64,000 bases of DNA from Felis catus (Eukaryota): contig NC_058368.1 in assembly GCF_018350175.1 (NCBI RefSeq), positions 147,872,001-147,936,000 of the forward strand, read 5' to 3'. Shown here one piece after another: positions 25,497-37,273 of the stretch. The notes under the pieces are model-generated. The model ran no database searches, was not told the origin of the DNA, and saw only the letters and a program-made list of their open reading frames with translations. Every line of letters begins with the position of its first letter. Position 1 is the stretch's first letter. A program made the position numbers and the translations under genes.

Positions 25497-26799
25497 AAAA
25501 TATATTTTGTGAAATAATGAGTGAATAAAACCATCTTCCTATATAATTGTAAATGAATTAATGAGTATTAAACTAATGTATTCAGTGTCCTCTTCGGTTT
25601 TACAAGGAAATAAATGTGTTCAATAGAAATATATAAACAAATGTAATTATTTTAATGTATTATATAATAAACTTCTATTATTTATATAATCCTAACAAAA
25701 AATAAGGGCTCGTTTTTGAAATTTAACATAAGCAATAAAACTTTGATTTATCAGTTCAAGATCTTTCAACGATACACTCACAATTCATATTTATCTCTAC
25801 CTAATGCATTAGAATGGTTCTTTCTAGCAGCACTCTGCAGACAATCTGCCCCATTTTTTTTAAAAGGGTAAGATTTTTCCTCCACTAAATCACAGGCTTA
25901 TTATCTGACCAAATATGTTGTTTGAAATTATATAAATCTAAACATTTCTTTATAAAAGTCCAAAATTCTGTAGGAATATCTGACAAGTGTAGACAGAGCC
26001 CCTTCATCGTATACCCAACATTTTACACTGTATTACACTAAAGAGCAATTTGTTTCTGTCTCTCAGGGTCGAATCATCCAAATAGAAGTCAGTTCTAAGT
26101 CAAATCCCATGAAGTCAATATTAATCACCAACTACTGATGTTCACCCAAATCCTACACACTGGCATTTACTCTTAATAATGAACAATCACTGATGAAAAA
26201 TAAATATGGAAAAGTTTTCAGAATTTAACAAACTTTAAACAAATCAAAGGTTTGACAGGTAACTCATTTCCTTAATAAATTAGTGGTTTACTGTGGGAGA
26301 AAAAAATCCAAGAACAAAAGTTACATAAAATGTGATATACTTTGGGTATTAAATTAAGGAGGCATTACTAGCTGAGAAGGTATCAAAACATAAATTAATA
26401 AAATAGTATGTACGTAAGAAAAATTAATAATATGCTTAACTTAAATTATTTTTAAAGATAATGTACTCTCAGATCAGGAAAAATAAAGTATGACAATACT
26501 GACACATGAAACATAATTACATTAAAAATACATGTTTTGCTTAAGCAGTTCTTGAATCAAGCCTGTAAAACGAGTCTTCGAATATTTGCTATTACCAAAA
26601 TGGAAAAATTTATGGTGTGTATATCAGAAGAGAAGTGAAGGTATTAATTTTTAGATATAATTGAAAAGACTATTTATTGAACTAAATTTTCAGAGAGAAA
26701 TGAAAGGGGTGAGAGGAAAAAGTCTGCTATTACTTGCTGGTGACCTTAGGCAAACGTTTTCAATGTCTCAGTTTCTTCATCTAAAATAACATTTCTAAG

Positions 26800-26940
26800 C
26801 CTTGGGATTTTGGATCAGACAGGTTTTTTTTTTTTAATTTTATTTATTTATTTTTTTAATTTTAAGGGGTGTTCTATGCATTGTATGATGTTCGCTAGCA
26901 TCCTTGGTCTATACCCACTGGATGCCAGGATACCACTCTG
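26800..26940. mobile_element. MER20-like hAT-Charlie fragment (with an adjacent MIR fragment at about 26720-26790)
   Basis: 'ggggtgttctatgcattgtatgatgttcgctagcatccttggtctatacccactggatgccag' matches the MER20 core. Confidence 0.7.
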
Positions 26941-28056
26941 TATACATCCTATTATGTGGATTTTCTATCACTATTACACAGTAATTTTCCCAAACATAAA
27001 GGTCTTATTCCAAGGTATTTTCAGAGAATTAGCAAAATTAATGTGGAAAAAATAGATATACAATCAAAGTACACAATATATACACTTAGGAATACATTAT
27101 CTTCATTATATTTCACTTCATATAAAATCGTAACTTGGAAAGGAGGCAAGTTTCTTAGTCTTGCGATATATATCAAATGCGTTTCTTTTCAACATTTGAT
27201 ATTGAAAATGATCAAAAATTTTCCTGCATTTAAAATTATCTATTAAATACAAATTGGTAGACTTATTTATTTTTCAAACACTAAAAAATAATTACATGGG
27301 GGCTTCCGTTATTCCTTATTTGGGTGGTTTAGTTTTCTTTCTAGTATTTTGTGCTTTTACTACTATACATATAAGAATATTGTGTAATTTTTTTTTCAGT
27401 TGCTAACATTTATTCATTTTGTTTAATGGTTTTCCATATTTGCTTTCTAAGTGACATTTGCTAAAATGCCATGTTATTCTCCATATCTCTCTGCAGAGCA
27501 CATTTATCCTCAATTTTTTATAATTCTTTCCTGCAATTATATGGGATTCTCTTTGTTATTAGAGATTGCTTTTTGCAGTAGAAGGACATTCTTCTCACTT
27601 TTAATTATGTTGTCTCTTAGAGGCACTTCCCCCCTCCCTGCAACAGTTGGAAAACTTGTTCTCAATGTACCATATGGTTGTCACCAAATTTTTTTATTTC
27701 TTCACATTTGATTAATATTCCTACAGTGTTATGATTAGTAAACACATTACCTTCTGTCATGCTGTAAGTTTAAATTATTGACCTCCAAGCAAACATTTAT
27801 GAAATTCCTTTTATCTTTTTTCTCAATATAAAATAAACGGCTCTCCTGAGGAAATGTATATTTTCCCTTGTATGTTTCCAAAAATAAAGCATTTATTTTG
27901 GAGGTGTTTTAATTTCAACATACAGCATTAACATTACTAATCTATATTAATAAAGAATTCCAGATCCAAAATAAGACAGCCCCTTCTTTCAGTAAATCTT
28001 TGGTATTCTTGAGTTTAATTGTGGTTGTATCTTATTGGTATATAGGAGTCTGATTT

Positions 28057-28808
28057 TCCATGTCTGAGTTAACAGTTCCTGTGACGAGGCGGACATAATG
28101 ATCCTGATTAAGCAGGGTTGAGATGTGGGTGCATCTCTTATGTGGACAAGATAGGAAAAAATACAGACGACCCATATGTCCTACATCTGTAATATCATAT
28201 CATATCATATAATGTTATAGATGTTGTTATATATGTTGATTTTATATATATCAATCACATTCTGTAATTATGTTATTTTATTTAAAATCATAACTATCCT
28301 GAGTGAATTTATTACTAAAGAGTACCAACTCTCTCTCTCTCTCTCCCAGCCCCTGCCTTTTCTTTTACATGCACTCACACACGCACATACCACTGATCAT
28401 TTTGAGGTTCCCCCCTTTTTTTCATAATATAGGACTTCATTGTCTGATCTTTTTTACAAGTATGACTTATGTTGTAATCAAAAAACGTTACCTTACATAA
28501 ATGTGTGAAACATTCTGTTGCAGATAACAGAAGTTATTAACCCAAACTAGTTTAAGCTCACCTGGCAATTTTTTGCTTTAGACAACAGAAAATCCACATA
28601 CACAATGTGGCTTCAGAAATGGCTAGATTTAGCTTCATAAATGATGGGTCTGAACCCTACTTCTGTGTCTCGACCAGATTTGGGTTATGTCTCCATCTCA
28701 GAGTTAACAATTCCTGTGACAAGGCAGGCATAATGATCCTGATTAAGAGGGTTGAGTTGTAGGTGCATCTCTTATGTGGATGAGATAGGAAAAATTGCAG
28801 ACGACCCA
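28057..28808 (+). repeat. Dispersed direct repeat of about 118 bp (28057-28174 and 28692-28808)
   Basis: Both copies read ...GAGTTAACA.TTCCTGTGAC.AGGC.G.CATAATGATCCTGATTAAG..GGTTGAG.TGT.GGTGCATCTCTTATGTGGA...GATAGGAAAAA...CAGACGACCCA. Confidence 0.95.
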
Positions 28809-28915
28809 AGAACATGGAGATTAGATAGATATAGATATAGATAGATGTAGATACAGACATTTCTCAAAAAGAAAAAGAATGTTGAATAGATGGAAATAGG
28901 AGATGTCTCTTCCAT
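28502..28915 (-). mobile_element. Old MaLR LTR (MLT1J/K-like), degenerate
   Basis: 'gttgcagataacagaa...ccaaactagttttaag' start typical of old MLT1 LTRs in antisense; boundaries approximate. Confidence 0.45.
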
Positions 28916-29838
28916 GTGTGGTTAAGTTTTGGTCTGAAACAAATGCATGAACTATTAATTTCCTGAGGGCAGTGTCCACTGAATAAATTGTTGAAAAGGT
29001 AAATGAATCTTTGTTAATAAAATAAATATATCCAGATGTGCTTGTCACATTAACATGCCTCCCTCATCCTCTATATGATAGGAATTCTAGCAGAGGACAA
29101 TGTTGGCAAGTATCTTCTCAGATACCTTAAGGATACTCATAGGAACTTTCTATTCACTATAAGAATTGACCAAACTATCCTCATTCTGTCAGACATACCT
29201 AGTCACGCAAACGTGGTACTCAAAGGAACTGACGATAAATAGGAGAACTTTATCATACTAATGATATCTTACCACTCCTTGGAAACCAGAAAGCTCAATG
29301 TACTATGCTGTTTTGTGTTAATCATGTAGAAGTTTGACATTTTGCAGGCAAAACCATGGATCTTTCTTGCAAAGTGTTCAGAAAAAGATCAAGGTAGATT
29401 TAACAAAGGATTTAATGCCTAATACTATTTACATATTTGTTGAATAAATGAATAAATGAAGGAATATAAAATAAATTTCAATGAGCTATAATTGAGTTAG
29501 AGTGAAAGTCTTGGTTTCTTAAAAAATTAAGCAGAAATCTCTTCGGTTATGATACTTCGTGAAGCTGAAATAAACATATTAATCACTTTCTAAACTAAAA
29601 TGTATTAAATACTTCCTGTTTAGTAATCAGGGATTAAATAATAAAACTGAATCTTCCTGATATTTGTAGAACCGTTCTGTGCTCATTAACATAAATCCTA
29701 GTATCTGTGATTACCGTCCACAATTTACATGTAAATGTGGAAAGTGTTCGATGCTGTGCAGCTCATTCAGTTCCACATACTGTGGAGATCACCCTCCCTT
29801 AAATAAACACCTGGCTTTATCACTTTTAAAAATTCCTG

Positions 29839-30101
29839 GTTTCACTCTTATGTGGATCCTGAGAAACTTAACAGGAACCCATGGGGGAGGGGAAGGAAAA
29901 AAAAAAAAAAAGAGGTTAGAGTGGGAGAGAGCCAAAGCATAAGAGACTGTTAAAAACTGAGAACAAACTGAGGGTTGATGGGGGGTGGGAGGGAGGAGAG
30001 GGTGGGTGATGGGTATTGAGGAGGGCACCTTTTGGGATGAGCACTGGGCGTTGTATGGAAACCAATTTGACAATAAATTTCATATATAAAAAAAAAAGAA
30101 A
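29839..30101 (+). mobile_element. Short, young feline L1 3'-end insertion (L1_Fc-like)
   Basis: L1 3'UTR (gagggcaccttttgggatgagcactgg...gacaataaatttcat), poly-A tail, TSD AAAAATTCCTG at 29828-29838 and 30102-30112. Confidence 0.95.
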
Positions 30102-32424
30102 AAAAATTCCTGTAAGTTAAATAATTTTAAGCCATTCATTTATTTTACCTGAATCTCTTTACATCAGATGCTTGGTGGGACTTCTAGTGTAAAATGTAGT
30201 GTGAACTCAAGAAAGTATTTAGAGTCCCTAAAAGAGCATACAGAATAGAACTCTGAATAACACAGGAGAAGAATTAGCCATCGTATAACTATAACATAAT
30301 AAACAGGAAAGCACTCAATAAAATATTACAGTAATTAACTGAATCCTATATTTGTGTATACAAATGGAATCTGCACATGTTAGAAAAGCAAAGTAATTAG
30401 TATCTTCTACTTGAAACTGATTAATTCTCTTTTGAAACTGAGGGAGTTCAGAAGAGACTAAGTGTTCAATCCATTTTAAGATAAACTTCAGAATGTTTTT
30501 TTAGATTTTGGAAAGATATGTATTGCAGAGGAACTTCAAATAAATGTGACAAAGAAGGGCCAGTATTAAAAGTAGGTATGAAAAAGAAGATCAGAAAGAA
30601 AAATCTCACTTCAGAAATGTAACAATTAGATTTTAAAACAGGAATAAAGTACTGCACTGTGAATGTGTGGAAGAAAAATCAACAATCCAGAAAAAGCACA
30701 GGATTAAATGGGAGGGGTAAAAAAGACCTGTCCTCCATTAACAACATCATTTAAAATTGCAAACATACATGAAATGTCAGTTAAAAATGTTAGAATTAAT
30801 TTTGCAGGACAGCCAATGCTTGGGAAGGCTGGACTAACCTAAGGCATTTTAATCTATAAGTGAGGCTTTGTCCAAGATCCTGCTGGATACAGCGCTCCTG
30901 AGAAGCTAAAGACTTGACAACACTCATTAATGTTCACACAAAGATGCTGTCTAAAAAATGTAATCCATGTTGGATATGTATTTCCAGATTAGATACGAAA
31001 GATGAATAAAAATATTCCCATAAATCTTTGATGTCTTAAAATTCCTTTGGTCAAAGATTTTCCTAACTTTTTGATGCTAGGTAATGTTTGCTTTTGTTGT
31101 TGTTATTTTGTTTTCTTTTGTTTTCAATTGCTAGCATTTATTTTTAAATTAATTACTAAAAGCCCTTAAACATGTCCTGAGGTTTAGACATCTCTTTAAT
31201 TTTGATTTTTATTCTCGTTATTGCTATTAAATGCCAGAATTATATTTGCCTCATCTCTGTAATTATTGCTTTATCTCTCTAAGAAGCTTTTAAAACTCAG
31301 AGCCTTGAACCTGTTTTTTATTACAATTTAAGAGAACAATAGCTGAGGGTTTTTTTTTTTTTTGGCATATTTTCCAGGTTTGAAGGACAGAGAAAATCCC
31401 TCAAAATTTAATCACATGCAGATATTTAGAAGGAGGCATGGGAGGTAATAAATTTTATATTTAACGTAATTAATTGCTTGGCTAATCCTTTGAAGTTTGA
31501 ATAAAATATCTCCATAATTTAACATTAATTTCCATTTGGATAATGCAATGAATAATGTATTATGCTTTGTTAACTAGATATCTTTTAATAGGAATAAGAG
31601 TGAGCAAGAAACTAGACAAAAAGTTTTATGCACAGAATTGATTATAGAAAAATAAAAATAACTATTACATAGAAAAATGGTATAAATAATTCAGTTAATA
31701 TCATTAATAGTCTTATCTAAGAAATATCAGGGGTTTTTAAATTGTTTTTTCTGAGCTTAAATATTAACATCACATCAAATTTTATTTCTTTTTATGTCCT
31801 TTTGCTTCAGTGTACCGCAAAAAGTAAGGCAGTATCTTCTTTTACAAGCATAATACCTGAGACATTGTGGGAAACGTGGCTACAAAATCTGTATTAAACC
31901 AAATAAATTATAGTATTAGATATTCTCTCCTCTTGTAGTCAAAAACTTAGCTAGTAATTTTCAGGGTGCCTTATTAACTTTTAAGGGCTGAGTGGAGAGT
32001 TCTAAGATTGCTATTTGACTGGTATAGATAAGGACTGTTATTGGCAGTATTTACAATATTACAGGTTTTCCCCTTTGCAAATATGAAAGCAATCATCTAT
32101 AAAGGTTATTTAAGTAAAAAAAGAGTTCGCTAAAGCAGTAGGGAACATATCTTAATATTTCTCATTTATACTGTGCTTTTCTACACTTACAGTATGATAC
32201 ATGCAATTTAAAACTTTTACTATCCTTGTTGGCTTTAGTTAGGCACTTTATGGTACATGAAATAGTAACATGATTCCAAATGGTCAACTGTACAAACACT
32301 GTCATTCTAGTATTAGATGTGCCATTCTCACCCATCCTGTCATGGAAAGAAAAATATCTCCTTAGATTCTGGTTTATCCTTGCTGTGTTTCTTCCTATAC
32401 AAATAAATGGTATATATTTTTTAA

Positions 32425-32858
32425 ATTATTTTTTATTCAAAAAAAATTTAACGTTTATATTTTATTATTGAGAGACAGAGCATGAGCATGGGACAGGCAG
32501 AGAAAGAGGGAAACACAGAATCCGAAGTAGGCTCCACGCTCTGAGCTGTCAGCATACAGCCCGACATGGGCTCGAACCCACAAACTGTGAGATCACAGTC
32601 TGAGATGACTTCAGATGCTTAACCGACTAAGCCACCCAGGCGCCCCTTTAAATATTTTTTTAATGTTTATCCATCCTTGAGAGAGAGAGACAGAGTGCCA
32701 GTGGGGTAGGGGCAGAAAGAGAGGGAGACACAGAATCCGAAACAGCCTCCAGGCTCTGAGCTGTCAGCACAGAACCTGACAGGGGGCTCGAACTCATAAA
32801 TGGCGAGATCATGACCTGAGCAAGAGTCAGAAGCTTAACCGACTGAGCCACCCAGGCC
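32425..32858 (-). mobile_element. Two tandem CAN-SINEs (about 32425-32646 and 32650-32858)
   Basis: Two complete antisense SINE bodies, each ending in gccacccagg. Confidence 0.93.
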
Positions 32859-33088
32859 TCTGTGGTGGCTCAGTATATATATATTTTAGATCTCATTTTC
32901 TATAAAGAGTGCTATACTGAAGATAGTCTTTCCGCCTCACCTTTTTTGAAAAAGGTGACTAACACATCCCTTGGGATTTCCTCCACTTTATAAATATCCG
33001 TATGTTTTCAAGTTTTTCGGGTATTTTTCTACTTCTTTTTATATTAACACAGTAAACTTAAGATATTTTGTGTACAATTCTTTAATTT

Positions 33089-33090
<2 letters not shown>

Positions 33091-33131
<41 letters not shown>
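33091..33131. repeat. (TA)n microsatellite
   Basis: Perfect TA run. Confidence 0.97.
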
Positions 33132-33135
<4 letters not shown>

Positions 33136-33139
33136 CTTT

Positions 33140-34481
33140 TATAAACACCATTGTAATAAACACCAGCCCCGAATCTATTGGGTATTACCCCTTTGCAGTC
33201 ACATCCTCTCCTCTCTCACCCTGGCAACCACTCATCTGTTCTCCTTGACTATAGTTTTGTGATTGTGAGAATGTCGTGTCAGTGACGCATATAGTTTTTA
33301 ACAATTTGAAACTAGCATCTCTCACTCAGTGTAATCAAAACTATCAAAACTATTTATGCATATCAAGTTTATTCACTGTTATTTCTGATTAATATTCTGG
33401 TGGGTGGATGTGCCAGGGGACACTGACCCATTCACCCACTGAAGAACATCTGTGTTATTTCCAGGTTTTGGAGATTATGAAAGAGCAGCTATAAACATTG
33501 GTGTACAAGTGATTGTGTAAATATAGGTTTTCATTATTCTAGAACAAATATATGAGTAGAATTTCTGAGAAATACAATTAGTTTAACTATATAAAAAACT
33601 GCCACAACTGTCTAAAGTAACTACACCATTTTGCTTACCTACCATCACTTTACGCCAAGTCCCATTTAGTCTGCATCCTCACCCACACTTGGTGTTACTA
33701 GCATTTTTCATTTTAACTATTCTATTAGGTGTGGAATAGTATCTCATTATGGTTTTAATTTGTGTTTCCCTAATAGCTCAGAATATTGAACTTGGTTCAT
33801 ATGCCTAATTGCTTTCCATATGTCCTATCTGATGAGGTTTCTCAAGTCTCTGATTTTTTTTAATTGGGTCATTTGTTTTCTTACTATTGAATTTTGAGAC
33901 TTCTTTATAATATTCTGGATAAAAGTCCTTTTTCAGATATGTTATCTGCAAATATTTCCTTCTAATTTGTAGCTTGTTTGTTTTTTCATTCTGTTAGTAT
34001 CATTTCATCCTCTTAGTATCATTACTTTTCTATGGCATTTTAGGCATGCAGTTTATGTCTATTAAGTATAATTTGTCCATTTTTTTTATGCTTCTACATT
34101 TTTACTTGCAGTTAGAAAGCATTTCTGCACAAGGAGGAATTCACCTACGTTTTCTTCGAAAACTTATTTGGTTTTATATTTTTATATTTAGAGCTCTGAA
34201 CTCTAAATATTTAGCCTTGTGCAATGGTGTGAGATTTGGATCTGATTTTATCCTTGTCAAACGACCAGCCAATTATCCAAATAATGTTATTTAAAAAGCC
34301 TCTTGTTTCCCAAAAGATTTGAGATGCTACCCTCATCTCATATTAAACTGTCATATATTTTTAGTGTAATTCTGAACGTTTGTTTCTCTGGTTAGCATGA
34401 CTCTTCATGCATCAGAACCATGTGTTTTAATCATGTAATGTCTATGTTATAATCCAGTGTGGGTTTATTCTCTTTCAAAGA
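33140..34481 (-). mobile_element. Old L1M fragments (3'UTR and ORF2 end)
   Basis: 'cctggcaaccactcatctgttctcc', 'tatctcattatggttttaatttg', 'tcagatatgttatctgcaaatatt' are L1M antisense motifs. Confidence 0.75.
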
Positions 34482-34592
34482 TTTTCTTTTTTTTTATGGA
34501 ACACGTCACAAATTTGTGTGTCATCTTTGCACAGGAGTCATGCTAATCTCTATATTATTCCAATCTAGTATATGTACTGCTGAAATGAGCAC
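34482..34592 (-). pseudogene. RNU6: U6 snRNA retropseudogene, full length with A tail
   Basis: Reverse complement GTGCTCATTTCAGCAGTACATATACTAGATTGGAATAATATAGAGATTAGCATGACTCCTGTGCAAAGATGACACACAAATTTGTGACGTGTTCCATA+An aligns end to end with U6; the ACAGAGA box is mutated and CpGs are decayed. Confidence 0.95.
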
Positions 34593-35864
34593 TCTAATGG
34601 TGTCCTTAATCAGTATACCTAATGCTAGTACCACAATCAATAAATATATGCTAATTTTTTCTTGCCCTATTTCCTTTCCTTATTTGTAGCACTATATTGT
34701 AAGATACACGTGACATACATCATATAAAGCATTTTATTCCAACACCATTCATACATTCCTTTTAGTCTTTAATCTAGAATTAAGTATACAAAATGTCTGT
34801 TAGTCCTTTTGTTGTTATTGCCCCTATTCTCTCTTGATTGGATGAAGTTCATCTTCTAATAGATTCCTCAGGAAGGGCTAATGAGTACACAATTCCTTGA
34901 CCTCTTGCATATTTAATCTTTTCATGTAACCTTGATAGAAACAGTTTTGCTGTTTATGAAATTCTTTGTCCACAATTATATTTGAGTTTCCTGAAAATGT
35001 TGATCCCTCTCTCAAATTTTTCTTGTTTTCCATAAGTACATAGGATGGAGCATGGCCAGTAGCTTGGTGGAATGTGCTATTTATTTTTTCACTTAGAGCA
35101 AAGATAAATTGAGGATGGCCTCTTATATTTATCCTAATAGCATGAATGGATATTTATAGTTTTATTTGTTCTTATTTTTATTTTATTTTTCTGTTTTAGA
35201 GGCGTGAAGAGGACATGTTGCAAGATTTATATTTATACAACCACCATTATTATTATAATTCAGAAAATATGTAAATGAAATTATTTTGCTACCAAATATG
35301 GAGACAAACATAAAATTCCTAGGTCATTGTCAAATCAGTAGCTTATTTTGTGTTGTAACTTGCCGGAGATAGTGACACCACTAGCTGTTTTTGCTTATAT
35401 AGCAATAAGGGCAATGCACTCCCATGTAGTTGGGCTTAATGAATGCTTATTGGCTGAATAAATACTATATGTTGCTGAAAAATTAGTCAAAGGCATAATC
35501 CTACAGTTTATTCATGTTAAAATCAATCCCAAACACCAGAAATGATGCTCAGAAAATGTTATTTTTCTTGGCTATTTAATCTTAAATGTATGCCAATAAA
35601 CCTAATAGTCACTGAGAAAAGGGAATCATGGAAGTTCAATAGCTGATTTGTGTTCTTTCTTCCTTATATCCATATGGATCTTTTTGACAACAATGCACAA
35701 ACCTTCATTATCCACCTAATTGCTTTGAGGCAGCCTCCCTCAAGGTGGACTATTCCAAATCTCAAATGTCCTCAAGGAATGAAAGGACTACTCAGCCTTT
35801 AAAGTAGAGCAATAACAAATTTATATCATTTTGCCCTTTCAAAGCCTTGCTAATCATTAAAGAA

Positions 35865-36012
35865 TGAGGCTAGGATAAGCAGCATCAACATCACTTAAGA
35901 ATTTATCAAAATCACAAAATTTCATGTGTCTTCTCAGACTTAACTAAATTAGAACCTGCATTTCACTAATACCCCAAGTAATTTAGATGATTATTAAAGT
36001 TTGAGAAGCACT
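35865..36012. mobile_element. MER5A-like hAT-Charlie MITE
   Basis: 'cagcatcaacatcact...agaacctgcattt...ccccaagtaattt...taaagtttgagaagcact' matches the MER5A layout. Confidence 0.7.
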
Positions 36013-37080
36013 ACTTTATATGGATTGGAAAAAAAATTTAATAAAAAAAATACTAACAAAAGATAAGGAAGAAAAGGAAGAAATCAAGGTTGTCTACAAC
36101 AGAGTTGAATTTAGCCATAATATATTTAAGCAACATCAAGAAAAAAGATGAAAAGGCTAAGACACCAGCTACAGATTCAAAAGTCAAAGCAGCTGAGAAA
36201 GGGACAAGTTCTTCCATATCTAGGTATCTTTTCCTAGATCTATAATCATACATTTTCTTGAGATGCTTAGGAATCTATAGAAAACATACGTTTTTCATTC
36301 TGGACCTAAAAATAGCAAACCATATGAACTTGAAAAAATTAGTTTGTCTCTCAGCATCAATTTTCTTATGTGTGAAATAAAATGGTTGGCTAACAATTAT
36401 AGTTTGACAATAATGTGAATACGGTCCTTTACAACAAAGAAAAATACTGTCAACTGAGACCATATTAGAAATAATGTTCTTCCTTTCTTCCTTCATTCCT
36501 TCTTTCCCTGTGTAGGAAAAAAGTCTCAAGGGCAGGGAACATTCTATTTATTTTTTAATCTTCAGAATCAAGCATAATAATGTCTCATGGTGAGTTCCCA
36601 GATGATGTTAGTGGATCAAACTGACAGAATACAATCACCAATGTTGGAGAATTCAGGTATTTCTTGCTTAGTAGATATCTGGTGGCCTCTCTTAGTGATA
36701 ACTTTTTGCCAAGTGTTAATACAGTTTGGAATGTAGTAAAGTTTATAACAAGGTAAGATGTAAAAGACAGATATTGTTCTGGGTTAAGACTATTAATGTA
36801 CAACTCATTCCATTAATTTTTCTTTTATTTTGAGAATATTTTATTTGTGCAAGTGTACAAATGTCTGCAAGGAAAATATTTACAAAAGATATAAATTTGC
36901 TGTTATGTTACTGCCTATATTTAGACTTAAATGCAAACACAATTTTATCGCTAATTAATTGGCTAACACTTGACAATAATAAAAATAAACATTAGTAAAT
37001 GAAATCATTAAATAAATAAAAATGTAAATATTTCAGATACTCATTATTGACCTCTCTACAAATATTGTTAGTATAGATTA

Positions 37081-37273
37081 TTTTTTCCAAATGTTTATTT
37101 ATTTTTGAGAGAGCATGCAAGCAGGAGAGGGGCAGAGAGAAGGGGACTGAGGATCCAAAGTCGGCTCTGCACTGACAGCAGTGAGCCTGATGTGGGGCAT
37201 GAACTCATGAACCGTGAGATCATGACCTGAGCTGAAGTCTGATGCTCAACCAACTGAGCCACCCAGGTGTCCC
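37081..37273 (-). mobile_element. CAN-SINE
   Basis: Antisense SINE; TSD a(t/c)agattattt. Confidence 0.93.

Noticed and set aside
30808..30959. Additional candidate exon (ttttgcag|GACAGCC...)
   Set aside because: Good acceptor, but five stops in the most protein-like frame and a phase conflict with the preceding donor; too weak to list.
31811..36222. Triadin-like tiny K/E-rich exons (TRDN) as the host gene
   Set aside because: No peptide matched the triadin sequence as I recall it; the resemblance is only compositional.
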